Of a DNA stretch of 64,000 nucleotides, positions 60,630 through 64,000 are shown piece after piece. Below the pieces are notes generated by a model that was given only the letters and a program-made list of their open reading frames with translations, was not told the DNA's origin and searched no databases. Source of the stretch: Candidatus Heimdallarchaeota archaeon. Lineage in GTDB: Archaea > Asgardarchaeota > Heimdallarchaeia > Hodarchaeales > Hodarchaeaceae. Made by a program: the position numbers and the translations under genes. The stretch is taken from assembly GCA_011364965.1 (NCBI GenBank), contig RDOB01000003.1, forward strand, positions 64,001-128,000. The letters are read 5' to 3'. Numbering within the stretch: position 1 is the stretch's first letter; each line of letters starts with the position of its first letter.

Positions 60630-61385
60630 ATGAGTTCAGAAGATCAATTTGAAAATATCTTCAAAGAATGTAAGGATGATCCGAAAGTAATTGGATTAGT
60701 TCTCGGGGGATCACGGGGAAAAAATATGCACACAGAGTATTCAGATTACGATTTCACTATCATTATCGTGCCAGAAGCGAAAGTAGAATATGAAAAAAGA
60801 GTTAATTCCTTAAAAAAAGATTTTGATGTCGCTGTCAGTACACTCGTAGAGTTTAAGAAATATGCACAATGGGGGAGCGAATTAATGTGGGATCGATACA
60901 ACTTTACTCATGTTAAAGCTTCAATAGACAAAACTGGAGGAGAAATACAAGATATTATAGATCAAAAAGGTAAAGTACCTCCAGAATATTGTACAGAGTT
61001 CATTTCAGCGAGTTTAGATGAATATATCAATCAAGTTTATAGATCAATTAAGTGTTTACGTGATAAAAATGATATAGGGTATCGGCTAGAAGCAGCAACA
61101 TCAATCAAACCGTTATTAAACTGCTTATTTGCTATCCACGATAACAGAATATGTCCTTATTTCAAGTATTTATATTGGGAATTAACTGAGTTTCCACTTG
61201 TGAAACTTCCATTAACTCCTAACGAATTGATTGAAAAAATCCTTTCTATTCTAGAATCAGGAGATTATAAAATTCAACAAGAGATTTTCAGGCTAGTTGA
61301 AAAAATCTTTCGAGCTGAAGGATATGGAAGGGTGTTTGATAGCTGGAAAGGGGATGATCAATGGATCATGAATTATATTCCCTAA
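60630..61385 (+). CDS. Pol-beta-superfamily nucleotidyltransferase (kanamycin/lincosamide NTase-like)
   Basis: LGGSRGK..SDYD; C-terminal helical domain with PYFKYL.WEL. Confidence 0.8.
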   Translation: MSSEDQFENIFKECKDDPKVIGLVLGGSRGKNMHTEYSDYDFTIIIVPEAKVEYEKRVNSLKKDFDVAVSTLVEFKKYAQWGSELMWDRYNFTHVKASIDKTGGEIQDIIDQKGKVPPEYCTEFISASLDEYINQVYRSIKCLRDKNDIGYRLEAATSIKPLLNCLFAIHDNRICPYFKYLYWELTEFPLVKLPLTPNELIEKILSILESGDYKIQQEIFRLVEKIFRAEGYGRVFDSWKGDDQWIMNYIP

Positions 61386-61598
61386 AACTTCCACTTTGAA
61401 AAATACCAGCCCATTTTACTCATGATTTGAATAAAAGTTAAAGCTTGAAAAAAACTCGCTTCTCGACGAAGTTACAAGATAAGGAAGCATGAAATGATAG
61501 AAATAATACTAACCCACTAGTTCTTTATATCTAGTTCTATAATTTTCAACTATTTTGAAATGAAATTATGCAATTAAACTTACGAGGAAGTTTCTTAA

Positions 61599-62552
61599 CT
61601 AACTATTCATGAAAGAGAGTAATTTCTCAGAAAAATCAGGTGGATACCAATGCCCTAAATTGGGGTATTCAATGAGCTGACATGAAATTCCATCGTTTCT
61701 CAACATTTGTACAAACTTTTGGATATTTTTGTGGGAGATTACTTGGTCCTTTTTCCCAGTAATTATCATTCCACTGACTTCAGAGGCATTATCATTTTCA
61801 ATCAATGGTTTCCAATTGTCGAGATCATTCATCCATCTTCCTCCAGGAGCAACAGCCACAAATTTCTGTATGGGCAGTGTACCAGATACAACAAGCCATA
61901 TAGCAAGTTCTGCACCTGAAGAAAGCCCTCCAACTAGAGAATGACCAAATTCAATAGAATAAGTTTCCTCTATCTTTTTAACATATGTCTTAAGCTGTTT
62001 CGTAGCAGATTCATGATCAGGCCAGTAAGCTGAATCTTTTCCTGACCAGTAAACATTAGTTGAACGAGGCATAGCAACAATAAATCCTTTATCAACGACA
62101 GGACACCAATAATGAATCTCTTCCTCGATCACACCACTATCAGCATGTAATGCAAGCATTAAGGAGTATGGAAAATTTTTTTCCTCTGGAATGATTTTTA
62201 TTTCTTGTTCTTTCATTAGTTCAGGAGTAGAAATTTCTCGACTTCGTTTTAATTGTTCTTTAAATTCAGGAATACCCTGAAGGGAGTGCAATGAAGGGCT
62301 TTGAGTTAAAATATATTCCGAATACCAACCTCCTTCATCGATTATTTGCTTTAGGAGTTTAATTGCTAATTGGCTATCCCCCAAATTTGCAGCTGCGCAG
62401 ATTCCAGAGTAAAAAAGTGCAGCTTTCCCATATGGGAATTTAACTCGGGGCGTTTGTAGATATTCGAGTATTTCTGTGTATTTCTTGGCATCAAAAAGAC
62501 GAAACATTTCTCTCAAGAGTTCCCAATACTTCTCTAAGTTCAAAATATTCAA
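61599..62552 (-). CDS. Alpha/beta hydrolase (esterase-like) with N-terminal TPR-like domain
   Basis: ALHA, GLSSG nucleophile, GKKD, LGHWYP. Confidence 0.8.
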   Translation of the reverse strand: MNILNLEKYWELLREMFRLFDAKKYTEILEYLQTPRVKFPYGKAALFYSGICAAANLGDSQLAIKLLKQIIDEGGWYSEYILTQSPSLHSLQGIPEFKEQLKRSREISTPELMKEQEIKIIPEEKNFPYSLMLALHADSGVIEEEIHYWCPVVDKGFIVAMPRSTNVYWSGKDSAYWPDHESATKQLKTYVKKIEETYSIEFGHSLVGGLSSGAELAIWLVVSGTLPIQKFVAVAPGGRWMNDLDNWKPLIENDNASEVSGMIITGKKDQVISHKNIQKFVQMLRNDGISCQLIEYPNLGHWYPPDFSEKLLSFMNS

Positions 62553-62717
62553 CCCCTAATACATAAGTGGATTTTCAATTAATAAAAAGGGATAATCCAA
62601 AAGGAATGTGATAAATGCAATTCCAATATATGTTCCTTGTTGAAGTATCTTATAAGTCATCTTTCACTCTATATGGTTATTTGATACGGGAACCAAATAA
62701 CTAGGAGATGATAAACA

Positions 62718-63239
62718 TTGGATTCTAATACTTCAATAGAACTAAATTCTGGAGAAAAGGTTCCTCAAAAAACAACGTGGATAGATGTTATATTCATAAT
62801 ATTATTGGTTAATTTAGGATTAGTAATTCTCGTTTCAATTGTAGCAATTATTTTCAATTCTGAATTTTTAGAAAGTCTATTGCTAATTGGAGTAATTTCA
62901 GGAGCGGTATATATTGTTGTCATACTTCTAGTTCTACTATTGTCCATAGCCCCTCCTGCGCTCATTCGGCGAATATTTCATTGGGAGGAAGAGAAAGAAG
63001 CAAATTTGATAGTAAACCTGCTTTTTTTACTCAGCTTCCTTTTTGGAACTGGGACAGCGATAGGATTGTACATCTTGATTCTTCCATATTTTCCAGTAGT
63101 AGCTGACCCATTTAGCCTCACAGCAATCAATCCTGTATTTGCTATACTATATTCTATATGGTGGTTCTTTGGTTTTATCATTTCGATTTTAATTATTACT
63201 ATTCTATATTTGCTCCTTGAAACTGGACGATATGCTTGA
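62718..63239 (+). CDS. Hypothetical 4-TM membrane protein
   Basis: Four hydrophobic segments; AGGAG before TTG. Confidence 0.65.
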   Translation: MDSNTSIELNSGEKVPQKTTWIDVIFIILLVNLGLVILVSIVAIIFNSEFLESLLLIGVISGAVYIVVILLVLLLSIAPPALIRRIFHWEEEKEANLIVNLLFLLSFLFGTGTAIGLYILILPYFPVVADPFSLTAINPVFAILYSIWWFFGFIISILIITILYLLLETGRYA

Positions 63240-63304
63240 GGAATCTTCCCTGATAAAGTAAGAGTAAAATCTAACAGAAAAATTCTAATTTTGATCCTAT
63301 TATT

Positions 63305-63369
63305 ATATTAGAATAGGGATGATAATAAAGAAAACTTTAAATATATCCCAGTTCTAATATTAGAATAGG
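63305..63369. promoter_or_regulatory. Duplicated ATATTAGAATAGG boxes (63305-63317, 63357-63369) including palindrome TTCTAATATTAGAA (63352-63365), upstream of PadR
   Basis: 13-bp direct repeat flanking a TATA-like TTTAAATA. Confidence 0.5.
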
Positions 63370-63376
63370 ACTGAAA

Positions 63377-63997
63377 ATGAGTGTTAAGGGAACAAAGTTA
63401 ACTTTGAACGATATTACAGTGTTAGGACTCCTCAACGAAGAGAAAAGAGGCGTTACAGGACTGCAACTTGAAGAAGCAATAGAAAGACGAGGTATGAGGG
63501 TATGGACTAAAATTGGAAAGTCTAGTGTTTATCATGCATTAAAAAAATTGCAGAATTACAAGTATGCAGTCAATGAAATTATCATTAATCGAAAGGATGC
63601 AATCTCCCCGCCAATCAAGGAAAAATATTACAGAATTACTGAATATGGTCGGAAAGAACTAGAAAAAGCTGTTTACACTGTATTAGCGAATCATGAAAAA
63701 ATGATAGATCCTTTTGATATCGCTTTTGCATTCTCAGGGGTTTTAACACAAGAAAAATTAATTGAAGCAATAACGCAACGAGTATCTGAAATTGAAACAC
63801 GAAAAAAGAGGCTTGAGGAGAGTATCAAAAATTTTAGTAAGCCAAATGCCCATGGTTACACTTTGGATGGCACCAAAATTTTTGAAGATCTTGTTATTCA
63901 ACATATAATTGCGCTTTTCACACGACCTCTCGCATTCGTAAACGCGGAAGAACAATGGTTACTATATTATCTTGAGAAGATTAGTCGGAGAAGATGA
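63377..63997 (+). CDS. PadR family regulator with C-terminal helical domain
   Basis: VLGLL..W..IGKSSVYHALKKL..KYYRITEYGR. Confidence 0.88.
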   Translation: MSVKGTKLTLNDITVLGLLNEEKRGVTGLQLEEAIERRGMRVWTKIGKSSVYHALKKLQNYKYAVNEIIINRKDAISPPIKEKYYRITEYGRKELEKAVYTVLANHEKMIDPFDIAFAFSGVLTQEKLIEAITQRVSEIETRKKRLEESIKNFSKPNAHGYTLDGTKIFEDLVIQHIIALFTRPLAFVNAEEQWLLYYLEKISRRR

Positions 63998-64000
63998 TGA

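Noticed and set aside
586-63955. Many 60-170 aa ORFs antisense to or nested within long genes (for example 15604-15927, 15993-16508, 18180-18623)
   Set aside because: Shadow ORFs of well-supported genes, with no motifs of their own

Overview
AT-rich archaeal chromosome segment, most likely from an Asgard archaeon (Heimdallarchaeia/Hodarchaeales-like). This is inferred from a Rab-like GTPase, a TPR-longin fusion, a eukaryote-like AsnRS, the archaeal oapABC operon, a tungsten AOR and several secreted proteins with C-terminal membrane anchors. Most of the window is housekeeping, transport and regulator genes. The main finding is an apparently intact IS110-family element (about 43874-45497). Its upstream non-coding end folds into a ~163-nt two-loop RNA with the features of a bridge RNA. 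One loop carries two identical guides (AAACUGAUC) that match a reconstituted palindromic empty site (..CGCTG-AT-CAGTCG..). The other loop carries guides that match the predicted circle junction (..TTGTT-AT-TTTTTCTA..). Other candidates are a polyproline/coiled-coil/Zn-ribbon protein (possible actin/profilin regulator), a secreted caspase-clan protease, a pirin gene with one in-frame stop, a NUDIX gene that seems to need a non-canonical start, and a tandem pair of RHH-like paralogues. No rRNA, tRNA or CRISPR array was recognised. All assignments come from reading motifs by eye; no searches were run.
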